DNA of 64,000 nucleotides. It comes from Octopus sinensis. Its lineage: Eukaryota. Position numbers and translations under genes: made by a program. The stretch spans positions 46,562,001 to 46,626,000 of the forward strand of contig NC_043014.1 of assembly GCF_006345805.1 (NCBI RefSeq), given 5' to 3'. Below the pieces are notes generated by a model, which saw only the letters and a list, made by a program, of their open reading frames with translations, did not search any database and was not told where the DNA came from. Shown piece by piece: positions 26,230 through 39,700 of the stretch (positions are counted from its first letter, which is position 1; each line of letters begins with the position of its first letter).

Positions 26230-29200
26230 GTTTAGCGTCCGCTTTCCATGGGTTGGACGGTTCAACTGGGGTCTGGGAAGCCAGAAGGCTGCACCAGGCC
26301 CAGTCTGATCTGGCAATGTTTCTACGGCTGGATGCCCTTCCTAACGCCAACCACTCTGTGGATCATCATTTAACATTCCCTTTTCCATGCTGGTATGGGG
26401 CAGACAGTTCACTTAGGTCCAGTGTCTGCTTGGTATGATTTCTACAGCTGGATGTCCTTCCTAATGCCAACCACTTCATAGAATGTACTGGGTGCTTTTT
26501 ACGTGGCACTAGCATTAATGAGGTCATCAAGTACTTGCAAGACAAAATCCTGTGTTCAAATGAGTGGGGTGTAGTATTGAGGGACATAAAAATATGATAG
26601 AGGGGCAGGAACAGGTGTGTCTTGCTAGAGAGACGAAAGCATGGCTTCCCCATCTGGAAAGAGAGAGAATAAGGTTTGAGATGAATACAAGAGAAGGATT
26701 AGGGATAGAGGAACAGAAAAGATGGGTGGGTAGGTAAGTGTACTAGAGTGAAAAGTGTGTGACAAATGATTAGTGATTGAAGTGGACACAATAAATATCA
26801 GTGGAGGCACATGGCCTAGTGGTTAGAGCAGCGGACTCACGATCGAGGGATCGCGGGTTCGAATCTCAGACCGGACGATGTGTGTGTTTATGAGCGAAAC
26901 ACCTAAGCTCCATGCGGCTCCGGCAGAAGGTAATGGCGAAACTTCTGCTGACTCTTTCGCCACAACATTCTCTCACTCTTTCCTCCTGCGTCTAGCAGCT
27001 CACCTGCGACGGACCAGCGTCCCGTCCAGGTGGGGAGCCTATATGCCAAGGAAACAGGGAAACCGGCCCTTATGAGCCAGGCATGGCTTGAGAAGGAACA
27101 AACAACAACAATAAATATCAGTTTGAAGGAGGGGAAGTGAAAGAAATGAAATAGGAGTGGGTCAGGGAGGAGAAGGAGGAGGAGGTGATAAGGGACAGCA
27201 GTGGGGGATACAATGTGATTTGTAGTAGAGTATTGGGTAAATAGTATCTATTTCTTTACTGCCCACAAGGAGCTAAACACTGAGAGGACAAACAAGGACA
27301 GACAAACGGATTAAGTCGATTATATTGACGCCAGTGCGTAACTGGTACTTATTTAATCGACCCCGAAATGATGAAAGGCAAAGTCGACCTTGGCAGAATT
27401 TGAACTCAGAACATAACGGCAGATGAAATACCTATTTCTTTACTGCCCACAAGGGGATACACACAGAGGGGACAAACAAGGACAGACAAATGGATTAAGT
27501 CGATCATATCGACCCCAGTGCGCAACTGGTACTTATTTAATCGACCCCGAAAGGATGAAAGGCAAAGTCGACCTTGGCAGAATTTGAACTCAGAACATAA
27601 CGGCAGATGAAATACCTATTTCTTTACTGCCCACAAGGGGATACACACAGAGGGGACAAACAAGGACAGACAAATGGATTAAGTCGATCATATCGACCCC
27701 AGTGCGCAACTGGTACTTCGACCCCGAAAGGATGAAAGGCAAAGTCGACCTCGGCAGAATTTGAACTCAGAACGTAAAGACAGACAAAATACCGGTAAGC
27801 ATTTTGTCCGGCGCGCTAACGATTCTGCCAGCTCATTGCCTTAAATAGTATCATTTATAACGCTTGAATGAGTAGTACTGTATTTAGAAGATTGATGGAT
27901 GGATTGTTGTTCGTTTAGCGTCTGTTTTCCATGCTAGCATGGGTTGGACGGTTCGACCGGGGATCTGGAAAGCCAGAAGGCTGCACCAGGCTCCAGTCTG
28001 ATCTGGCAGTGTTTCTACAGCTGGATGCCCTTCCTAACGCCAACCACTCCGTGAGTGTAGTGGGTGCTTTTTACGTGCCACCTGCACAGGTGCCAGGCGA
28101 GGCTGGCAACGGCCACGATCGGATGGTGCTTTTTACATGCCACCTGCACAGGTGCCAGGCGAGGCTGGCAACGGCCACGATCGGATGGTGATTTTTACAT
28201 GCCACCTGCACGGGGGCCAGGCGAGGCTGGCAACGGCGACGATCGGATGGTGCTTTTTACGTGCCACCAGCACGGAGGCCAGTCAAGGCGGCACTGGCAT
28301 TGGCCTAACTCTTTGGGCTCGTCCGGGAAATCACTGTTAGAAAATGAGATGCTGGAGGAAGGCTTGACAGGAAAATCGTTGTTGCTGCGATGGATGGGTC
28401 TCCTCAAGTACAGCGTAGTGTCATTCATCTTGCTCCCTTGTCATCTCCCCTGAGGAACTCAACATTTTGAGGTGAATCTTCACTATTTTAAATTTCACGT
28501 CTTCTTGGATTTCCTTTTGAGATAACTCTAAGTGATTTACTTTGGGCTGAAAGATTTGCATCATGGCCCCACTGATGTGGCAAGTTGATTCTGGTTTGTA
28601 AAATGCTCCCATTGTTTAACCCTTTAGTATTTAAACCGGCCATATCTGGCCCAGATATTCTACATGTTTTATATTCAAACTAGCCAAATCTAGCCTCTCG
28701 CACCTAACCTACATTGACATTCTAAAAATAAGCAATCACATCATTGAAACTTCAAAGCTATAAGATAATGCTTGATTAATTTAAAACAATTTGAGTGAAA
28801 AAGTATTACAATTAACAGAGTAATCTGAACACTAAAGGGTTAAAGCTCAATACATGAAACCTACAATCCAGTTTTGTGTCCTTCGAGTTAGCTAGACATA
28901 GATCTTGCGTGAGAGAGCTGATAGATACATAAAGAATAGCTTCACAGATTTTGTTAAACATAATTCTTAAGACAAGTATAATTTGTAATGCAATTCATCC
29001 TAAGTTAGATCGTTTTCATATCATTCCATTACCGTTATTTTCACAAACCTGAGCATCATCTTCCATTCCTCATTTCTTCATTAATATTTCCCCTCCTCCA
29101 AACTGATATTTATTGTGGCCACTTCAGTCCCAATCACTAATCGTTAATCATTAATATGAGGTTTTCATTAACTTACAGTTCAAGACAAGGATATATTTAT

Positions 29201-32200
29201 GTGCTGTGTAGTGATAGTAACTGCCACTTTAAATGGAGTCCACCCGCCTCTAATCTATGTTGAAGTACAAATTTGATGGCAGTGAAATTGAGGATGTAAA
29301 GGAGTACATCTACTTGGGATACACAATGAATATACACTAAGACACAGGCAACCTTTGGATCCTTTTGGTTTGAACGGCAGTTTTTTCTAGCGGTGTCATA
29401 TAAAATTGTCACCCATAATTATGACCCTAGCATCGATCTATTGCATTTCAATCTGTTTTAGGGTTAGGGTTAGTTAGGGGTGGGGGGAAGGGTATCTTTT
29501 TTTTCTTCAGAAATGTAAATAAACCCAATCTGTTTCTTAAACGAGGGACATATTCATACAGCCACAGAATGTTTTTTTACCTCAATACACGTCATTGATT
29601 GGTTGAAATTGCAGAAATTGAAGAAATAAAAACAACAAATATCTTACAAACTATAGAATTTTCTCAATAAAGCCAAGAGAAAAAGATGTTTTATAAACAC
29701 ATTCTACCAGTATACGAAGTTTAAAATTTTTTAGTTACCTAGAAATTATGTTAAAAACTGCCGGTCAAACCGAAAAGATCCAGATACTGAAATCTCTCAA
29801 AGAACAAAAGCAGGACAGATGGCATTAACCTCAATGAAAGTTGTGTTGAGAGTAAAGCTGGACAAGACCCTACCTGGTGGTCTCTTCAAAGGGACAGTCC
29901 TACTTGAGCTCATTTATACAAATGAGATGTAGGCTGCTACAGAGAGGGAAGAACATTGATCAGCTGTGATGCAAAGAGCTTTGGAAAGATTTATGCCAGG
30001 AATATCACTGAGAAAAATCTGAAATGAAGTAATGCAAGAATGGAACGAAGTGAACAATGTGATCACAGAATACTAGAAACACAAGTTCCTCCCTGCTGGA
30101 CTTGTGACAAAGTTCACAGACAATGGGTTGACCTGTGCAATTGCTGTGAGATATTCTTTTCTACTCTAGTCACAAGGCCCGAAATTTTGTGGGAGGGGGC
30201 CAGTCAATTAGATCAACCTCAGTACGCAACTGGTACTTAATTCATTGACCCTGAAAGGATGAAAGGCAAAGTTGACCTTGGCGGAATTTGAACTCAGAAC
30301 GTAAAGACAGATGAAATACCGCTAAGCATTTCACCTGGCACACTAATGTTTCTGCCAGCTTGCTGCCCTTGAGATATTCAAGAGATCAGAAAAGGCCACT
30401 CAGAATGCCTTTACTCTGATGAGGAGACAATTCAGTTAAAAAATTTAAGCCAAGATGGAAAAGAAGGGCTTAATCAAGAACGAATTGGAAGCGCATTGTG
30501 ATCAGCAGTGTACAACATATGATTATCTGGTTGGTACAGGTGATACATATACATAATCATCGTCATCACTTAATGTCCATGTTCCATACAGGCATGGGTT
30601 GGATAATTTGACAGGATATTCATTGCAATGTATGAGTGTAATGACACACACTGCAATGAATATCTCTTGTAAGATGTGAAACCAGTTTGTAATTATGTCC
30701 TTTGTAATATTTATTTATGTACTTTTGTAATTATATGCTTTGGAGTGTTTAATAATAAATTTTGAAATTATTTAAATGTAAAAATGTACCTTGGAACACG
30801 TAATTTTGAAGTGCAGTGATTCATTTTGGATATACGTAAAGATACGTTGGAATATGTAATAATTTATTTTGAAATCTTTTGATTGTAACGATATACTTTG
30901 AAATTAATTGTCTGCAATGTAAAGGGAATAACATCTTCTTTTATTATTTTTCCATGCCTCCTGACTTGTGTGGGATATTTTTAACATTATCTACCCATCT
31001 GTCTCTGTCTGTCCATGTCTGTATATTAAGGATTTTCGGTTTTGGTAGCTTTTTATAAGAGTTTTGTTTGACTGACACAGAACCCCTTTTTATACCCTGA
31101 CACTTTTGCCCCCTTCATTAGGTTCTTTATTGTGTTTTCTATATTTTTCTCAGTGAAGTCCTTGGTAAGTCACTAGCTGAATCTACAACCCCTTATGTGT
31201 ATAAATTAATAGTGGCACTAGATCCCTTTTTTTCTTTCCTATATATATACCTCTTAATATCTCTTATGTGGTGTTGTGTTGATTCTGTGATAAATAAACT
31301 GAAGTGGATCCAATTAACATTAATTTATTGCTGTTGTTTTCACAACCTGGATGTCACATCTCATTTCCTGTTCCTTCTGCGTATCCAGTTTCATCCCCAC
31401 CCGAATAATTTTCTTTATTATCTCCACCTTGCCTCATCTCACCATCACCATCACACACCCATCATTCAATGAATATGTTGTCACAGCCTGTGTAATCTTG
31501 CATTACACAGCAGCTGAGAGAGAACTGACTGATTTTGCGTCTTATGCGTATGTGTGAATGTAGACTGGGACGTTTTACCATGTTATCAGCATTGGAGAAG
31601 TTCCAAGCAAGATGGAGAAGAAGCTGGCATCCAGTCTCAGTTCTTATTTGGAGTTACTCCCCTTTGATATGAATAACCAGCAATGTTACTTGCAAAGATC
31701 ATGTTTCACTCGAACAATATATCTCATATTTTCATATCATCATCATCATCACCACCATCATCACCATCATCATCATCACCACCATCACCACCATCACCAC
31801 CACCACCATCACCACCACCATCAACACCATCACCACCACCATCAACACCATCACCACCACCACCACCCCATCACCACCATCACCCTCACCACCACCACCA
31901 TCACCACCATCATCACCATCACCATCACCATCATCATCATCGTTTAACGTCCGCTTTCCATGCTAGCATGGTTCGGACGATTTTGAATGAGGTCTGGCGA
32001 ACCAGATGGCTGCACCAGGCTCCAATCTTGATCTGGCAGAGTTTCTACAGCAAAACAAAGCCAGCAGTATGTTTTGAACTTTTGATGGATCTTTTCGGTT
32101 TGAATGGCAGTTTTTCTAGCAGTGTCCTATGAGATGTTACCCATAATTATGACCCTAGTATCGATCTATTGCATTTCAATCTGTTTTAGGGTTAGGTGTG

Positions 32201-33142
32201 GGGGGAAGGGTATCTTTTTTTCTTCAGAAATGTAAATAAATACAATCTGTTTCTTAAACGAGGGACATATTCATACGGCACAGAATGTTTTTTTACCTCA
32301 ATAGACGTCATTGATTGGTTGAAATTGCAGAAATTTAAGAAAAAAAAGAAAACCAAATATCTTACAAACTATAGAATTTTCTCAAAAAGCCAAGAGAAAA
32401 AGATGTTTTATAAACACATTCTACCAGTATACGAAGTTTAAAATTTTTTAGTTACCTAGAAATTATGTTAAAAACTGCTGTTTAAACCGAAAAAAGATCT
32501 CTTTTGATCATGTTGCCAAGTGAATAAAATTCTTTCCTTTGTATACATCTGTAACATCTCTGTTTTTTACCTCTCTCTCTCTTATGTACTTACAATACAT
32601 CAATGTGTATAACGTATAATTACATGATGTAAATATTGTTTGTTTATCTGTTGCAGGTTCGTATCAGTTATGAAACCATTCCAGAATTTCTATCGCCAAA
32701 TGACCAACTCCGCCTACAATGCAGTTGTCGATGTATATGCACCAATGTTTGTCTGTGACTTTTTGGCCTTCCTCATTGTTGTCTTTGGATATTGGGCCTT
32801 CGGACCTGTCGTAAGTAATACCATTTTTTCTCTCTATCAGAGCTCAGTTTTCCAAATGTTTGTTGTTACCTTCTCCGTTTCCTTTTGAAATTATTTTTTT
32901 TTGCCAAATCTCTTTACTCATTGATCTTTTCTGTTCAAGATATACAGAATTAAAGGTTTAAATTTAAAAAAAAAAAAAATTTGTCAAGCAAGCGTGGCTG
33001 TGTGGTAAGAAGCTTGCTTCCCAACCACATGTTTCTGGGTTCAGTCCCACTGCATGGCATCTTGAACAAGTGCTTTCTTCTATAGCCTCGGGCTGACCAA
33101 AACCTTGTGAGTGGATTTGGCTGATGGAAATGGAAAGAAGCC

Positions 33143-33183
<41 letters not shown>

Positions 33184-33750
33184 GAGGCACAATGGCCCAG
33201 TGGTTTGGGCAGTGGACTCGCGGTTGGAGGATCACAGTTTCGATTCCCAGACCGGGCGTTGTGAGTGTTTATTGAGCGAAAACACCTAACAGCTCCACGA
33301 GGCTTTGGCAGGGGATGGTAGTGATCCCTGCTGTACTCTTTCGCCACAACTTTCTCTCACTCTTTCTTCTGTTGGTCTGCTCGCTTAGCCACCGGGGTGG
33401 CGTCATTCGAAGGCTAAAACAATGCGAAGCACATTGTGACCAGCAATGTGTAGCAACATCTGATAGCGTGGTCAATCAAAATAGAAATAGAAAAAAAAAA
33501 TATATATATAAATATCATTATTTCTAATTCTCTCTAAAGGAGACTATGGCAGCTGCACTGGATATTAATAATTATCGCCAAGCTAATATGGCAGTCCAGA
33601 TAAATAGGACGAATGCTGCTGTTGATTAGCTCCAAGAGGCCATCGCCTCTAGCTAGCTATGTGACACACAAACTTGTGTCCATTATAACCTTCATACAGG
33701 GGAGGTCAGCAGCTTCCCCAAGGCGACTGCCTTATTAGCTTGGCGTTAAT

Positions 33751-33782
<32 letters not shown>

Positions 33783-36700
33783 CGCACACACATATACCCC
33801 TTTTTTTTCGACCTGGTTTTGAGCTCGCTGGATACAAAAAAGTGCCACTCCTTTATGACAGCTGGCTTGCCATGCCTGTTATTCACCATACATACATACA
33901 CACACACGCACGCACGCACAAACACACTTGTCATCCTTGCACACACACACACACACACACACACGCACCCACACACATTCCTTGTCTTTGAAACTCTCTT
34001 GTTTTTAAAAATCATGATTCGTCTACCTCTCAACTTCTGTTCTTTCAACATGTGATCTCTTGAGCACCGCCAGCAAAAATATTTTTTCCCTCTGTCTTCC
34101 CTTCTCTGGATCTTTCCTTCTCCTTTGTTTCCGACGAAGAGCTCCTTTCGAAACGTTAAACCCTCCTTCTTCCCTTCTTTCCTGAGCGTCAAATAATACT
34201 TTAATTGTTCCACGTCCTCACGTTGCTGTGTGTTTTTCTGTGTTTTCTTGTTTGGATTAACTTTATATATATATATATTTATGTATGTGTATCATCGTGT
34301 CTGTGTTTGTTCCCCATCACTGCTTGACAACCGGTGCTGGTGTGTTTATGTCCCCGTCACTTAGCAGTTCAGCAAAAGGGATCGATAGAGTAAGTATCAG
34401 GCTTTTAAAAAATAAGTACTGGGGTCAATATATTCAACTAAAATTTCAAGGTGGTGCCCCAGCAGGGCCACAGTCAAATAACTGAAACAAGTAAAGGAAA
34501 TGCTAAAAGATAAAGGCTAAAATGGTGATGTTCATGCCTTTCTCCAGACCGTCAGAGATGTATGGAAGATGACCCACCATCATCACCACTAGGTACTACT
34601 TAAGAAGAGTGGTCCCAGTGCGTGCATTCGCGTACTCGCGCATCCGCGTTAGCTAGTCGTGACTAGTCGATCCTACGATTACCTAGCAAAGTAAATAAAA
34701 CACAAAATGAATAATTTTTTTTACACAAACTAATTTCGGCGATCTCCGGCGATTTCCGGCGACCTCCGTCGATCTCCGGCGATTTTCGGCGAAAGTAAAT
34801 AAAACAAAAACACAAAGTAAGGATCGACTAGTCACGACTAGCTAGCGCGGATGTGTGAATACGCGAGTGCGCGCACCGGGACCACTCTTCTTAAGTAGTA
34901 CTCCATTTAGTACCATCATTGCCTTTATTATGGATGATAATAATTTGTAGTGTGTACACATTGTCTCAGATCTGGTTACGAAATACAGTTGATTAAAATG
35001 GGCTAATTAATGACTGACTTGAAGTTTATTAAAATTAGTTAAAACTAAAACTAGAGTCTAGCAAGGTTTTTGGTGACAACTGTGGCTATCTCAGCAATGA
35101 TATCAGACAATTTTGGGCGATCCTTCGGTAGAGGTACGGGAAGTGGCTCTGTTTACATTTCTGAAGATAACAGAAACCCTTTCTCCCCCCCTCCCCCCAT
35201 ATATAGAAAAAAAAACACTTTCTTGAATTGTATCCGGTACTTCCGGTACCTATACCGAAGTTATGCCAATATTTACGGCGCCTGATGCTAAGAAAGCAAA
35301 CGGTGAATGCTACGTTGCCATGGTGAATATTTCCAAGAGAGGTAACTGTGCTTGTTGCAAGGGAGATTATTCTGTGTAATTAGAATTCTTTGTAGACTGA
35401 GCGTATAACACACCATTGTTAAATAGAACACAAATACTAGAAACTCCCGCGTCTGGCAGGTGACTTGGCAGACACCCATAAAATTATTAACCATCTTACT
35501 AACAACAACTCTGAGCACCTTTTCAAACTCCACGCGTCTAACACCCGTGGACATGTTTACAAAGTCAGAAAACAGCACAGCTCCCATGACTTTCGGAAAC
35601 ATTTTTTCACGCTAAGAGTTGCTGGAGTATGGAACAAACTGCCGGCATCAGTTGTTAGTTGTCGGAGCACTGCATCCTTCAAAACTTCCATGCTTCCTGA
35701 GATTCGCCAACACTACACCTGATTTCTCCCCTCCATACACACGCAAGCATGTATCTGACTCATACACGGTTCGCTTTCCAGACATTTGTACATTACTGCA
35801 TATGCTTTATACGCACTTTCTGACAAGTTGTGGTGCACCTGAGCACTGTATACAATAATTTCATTATTATTATTATTATTATGTTTTAGCTGTTGTGAAT
35901 GCTTCTATCTTCTTCAAATGTCTTGTGTTGCATTTGGCTCTTGTATCGGTTCCAAATTCCACTACAGCAACCAAGCTCAATACAAGACACTTGGAAAAGG
36001 TCAGGGCGTACAATAACCGAAATGTAGTGAAAGCAGCAACGAAAATAAGGACATCAGTCCAACTAATATAAACAGTATACATAATAAGGCAGTGAGCTGG
36101 CAGAAACGTTAGCACACCAGGCGAAATGTGTAACCGTATTTTGTCTGCCGTTATGTTCTGAGTTCAAATTCCACCGAGGTCGACTTTACCTTTCATCCTT
36201 TCGGGGTCGATAAATTAAGTACCAGTTACGCACTGGGGTCGATGTAATCGACTTAATACCTTTGTCTGTCCTTGTTTGGCCCCTTGTGGGCAATACAGAA
36301 ATATACAAACAGTATACATCATATAAGCGCAGGAGTGGCTGTGTGGTAAGTAGCTTGCTAATCAACTACATGGTTCCGGGTTCAGTCCCACTGCATGGCA
36401 TCTTGGGCAAGTGTCTTCTGCTATAGCCCTGGGCCGACCAATGCCTTGCGAGTGGATTTGGTAGACGGAAACTGAAAGAAGCCTGTCGTATATATGTATA
36501 TATATATATATGTATGTGTGTCTGTGTTTGTCCCCCTAGCATTGCCTGACAACCGATGCTGGTGTGTTTACGTCCCCGTCACTTAGCGGTTTGGCAAAAG
36601 AGACCGATAGAATAAGTACCGGACTTACAAAGAATAAGTCCCGGGGTCGATTTGCTCGACTAAAGGCGGTGCTCCAGCATGGCCGCAGTCAAATGACTGA

Positions 36701-39700
36701 AACAAGTAAAAGAGTAAAAGAGAGTATATAAATTTTTCATCTCAGGAATATAGAATTAAATTTTTTTGCTATTGAAAGCCATATTTTATTGAATTATTGT
36801 TTTATTATAACGGCTGATATTGGTATTCTTTTAATTTGGCAGCAATCTGGTGAAGGAAGTGTTACAACATATCTTGAAGAAAACCGAGTAAGTGTTCAAT
36901 TAACCTTATGTTATGTCTTTCTCTTCCTCTATCTCTCTCTCAATTTATTTTGATAACTGAATCCATGGATGCAGTGAAGTAACCCCAGGTTTTTACTGTT
37001 AACCCTTTCATTACTGTATTTATTTTGAGATGTTCTGTGTTTCTTTCAACTATTTTAAATATAACAAAGAATTGAGTAAAATAACTTAATTATCATTAAT
37101 CTAGTGTTAGGAACGTAAATTGTGTCTAAGGCTTGGTGGAAGATTTTAATTCAAAACTTATGAAAACAAGACATTTTACACAGAGCCAGAGCCGGTTTTG
37201 GCCGGGTTAGTAACAAAAGGGTTAAAGACACGAGGCCCATATCTCATTAGATAGACTGTTATTCTTCTTACTTTATTACAATTTCTCTGTATCCTCCAAT
37301 CAAGTAATTTGAAAATCGAGCAGTTACTAACAAAACTCAAATTTCTCTCTCTCTCTCTCTTCAGGTTCCAATCCCATTTCTTGTGATGCTGGTTGTCCAA
37401 TTTATGTTCATCATCATTGACCGTGCTCTGTTCCTTCGTAAGTGTGTCCATGGGAAATTTATTTTCCAAGTTGCCCTTGTCATCATTGTCCATATCTGGC
37501 TCTTCTTCATCCTACCAGCAATTACAAACAGGTGAGCCGACTTCATTCTTTCTTTCTATTGTTCTTTTCAATTCCACATTTACCTTTATCATCTCTTTTC
37601 TCTATTTTTACACTCTCCAGTACTCCATCTTCTTCACCTTCTGTTCCTGGGAAGGTCACTGGGAGTAACTGAAAACTCTGTTGGTTATGATGACTCTCTG
37701 CAATGGTTATGATGACTCTCTGCAATGGTTGTGATGACTCTCTGCAATGGTTATGATGACTCTCTGCAATGGTCATGATGACTCTGCAATGGTTATGATG
37801 ACTCTCTGCAATGGTTATGATGACTCTCTGCAATGGTCATGATGACTCTCTGCAATGGTTATGATGACTCTCTGCAATGGTCATGATGACTCTCTGCAAT
37901 GGTCATGATGACTCTCTGCAATGGTCATGATGACTCTCTGCAATGGTCATGATGACTCTCTGCAATGGTCATGATGACTCTCTGCAATGGTCATGATGAC
38001 TCTCTGCAATGGTCATGATGACTCTCTGCAATGGTCATGATGACTCTCTGCAATGGTTATGATGACTCTCTGCAATGGTCGTGATGACTCTGCAATGGTC
38101 GTGATGACTCTATGCAATGGTTATGATGACTCTCTGCAATGGTTATGATGACTCTGCAATGGTTATGATGACTCTCTGCAATGGTTGTGATGACTCTCTG
38201 CAATGGTTATGATGACTCTCTGCAATGGTTATGATGACTCTGCAATGGTTATGATGACTCTGCAATGGTTATGATGACTCTCTGCAATAGTTATGATGAC
38301 TCTGCAATGGTTATGATGACTCTCTGCAATGGTTATGATGACTCTCTGCAATGGTTATGATGACTCTGCAATGGTTGTGATGACTCTCTGCAATGGTTGT
38401 GATGACTCTCTGCAATGGTTGTGATGACTCTCTGCAATGGTTATGATGACTCTCTGCAATGGTTGTGCTGACTCTCTGCAATGGTTGTGATGACTCTCTG
38501 CAATGGTTGTGATGACTCTCTGCAATGGTTATGATGACTCTCTGCAATGGTTGTGCTGACTCTCTGCAATGGTTGTGATGACTCTCTGCAATGGTCATGA
38601 TGACTCTCTGCAATGGTCATGATGACTCTCTGCAATGGTCATGATGACTCTCTGCAATGGTCATGATGACTCTCTGCAATGGTCATGATGACTCTCTGCA
38701 ATGGTCATGATGACTCTCTGCAATGGTCATGATGACTCTCTGCAATGGTCATGATGACTCTCTGCAATGGTCATGATGACTCTGCAATGGTCGTGATGAC
38801 TCTATGCAATGGTTATGATGACTCTGCAATGGTTATGATGACTCTCTGCAATGGTTGTGATGACTCTGCAATGGTTGTGATGACTCTCTGCAATGGTTAT
38901 GATGACTCTCTGCAATGGTTATGATGACTCTCTGCAATGGTTATGATGACTCTCTGCAATGGTTATGATGACTCTGCAATGGTTATGATGACTCTCTGCA
39001 ATGGTTATGATGACTCTCTGCAATGGTTATGGTGACTCTCTGCAATGGTTATGATGACTCTGCAATGGTTGTGATGACTCTCTGCAATGGTTGTGATGAC
39101 TCTCTGCAATGGTCGTGATGACTCTCTGCAATGGTCATGATGACTCTCTGCAATGGTCATGATGACTCTCTGCAATGGTCATGATGACTCTCTGCAATGG
39201 TCATGATGACTCTCTGCAATGGTCATGATGACTCTCTGCAATGGTCATGATGACTCTCTGCAATGGTCATGATGACTCTCTGCAATGGGTGTGAGAGATG
39301 ATCTTTTTAACTGGTTGGAGTCCTTTGTTCTCAGCTGAAAAGAGATTGTCCTGGTTCTAGGACAGCATTCTTCACCCTGTGAGATGTCATCTGGTGTACT
39401 GCAGAGATCTGTTCTTGGCCTCTGTTTGTTTGTTGCATACATTAACGACATAAATACCAACTTCAAGAATGCCACAGTGCTGAAATGTGCAGACGAGATC
39501 AAGCTGTACTTTGAGATAAAAAGGACAGAACCTGAGCACTGTAGATCTGGACACAATGCAACAATGGATCATGGTCTGGCAACTCAAGCTGGCTGTGGAC
39601 AAGTGTGCTACCATGCATTCTGGGAGGAAAAACCCAGTGTCCGCATACTCTATATTAGTGTCCACAACACTAATATCAAGAATTCTTCTTGTGAACATAA

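Noticed and set aside
28195-28612. Coding-looking unique segment on the minus strand
   Set aside because: Short split ORFs with no recognisable domain or splice pattern.
30415-30445. CTGATGAG hammerhead core
   Set aside because: No stem II/GAAA or stem I complementarity nearby.
31590-31700. Possible further alternative exon (gttatcag|CATTGGAGAAG...) 42 nt after the 37-nt exon
   Set aside because: Coding-like in two frames, but I found no good donor giving a phase-2 end; worth checking in RNA-seq but not supportable now.
31612-32132. Poly-His/Pro ORFs
   Set aside because: Translations of a (CAC/CAT)n microsatellite.
37682-39287. CRISPR-like regular array
   Set aside because: Units are contiguous with no unique spacers, the context is eukaryotic and there are no cas genes; it is a minisatellite.
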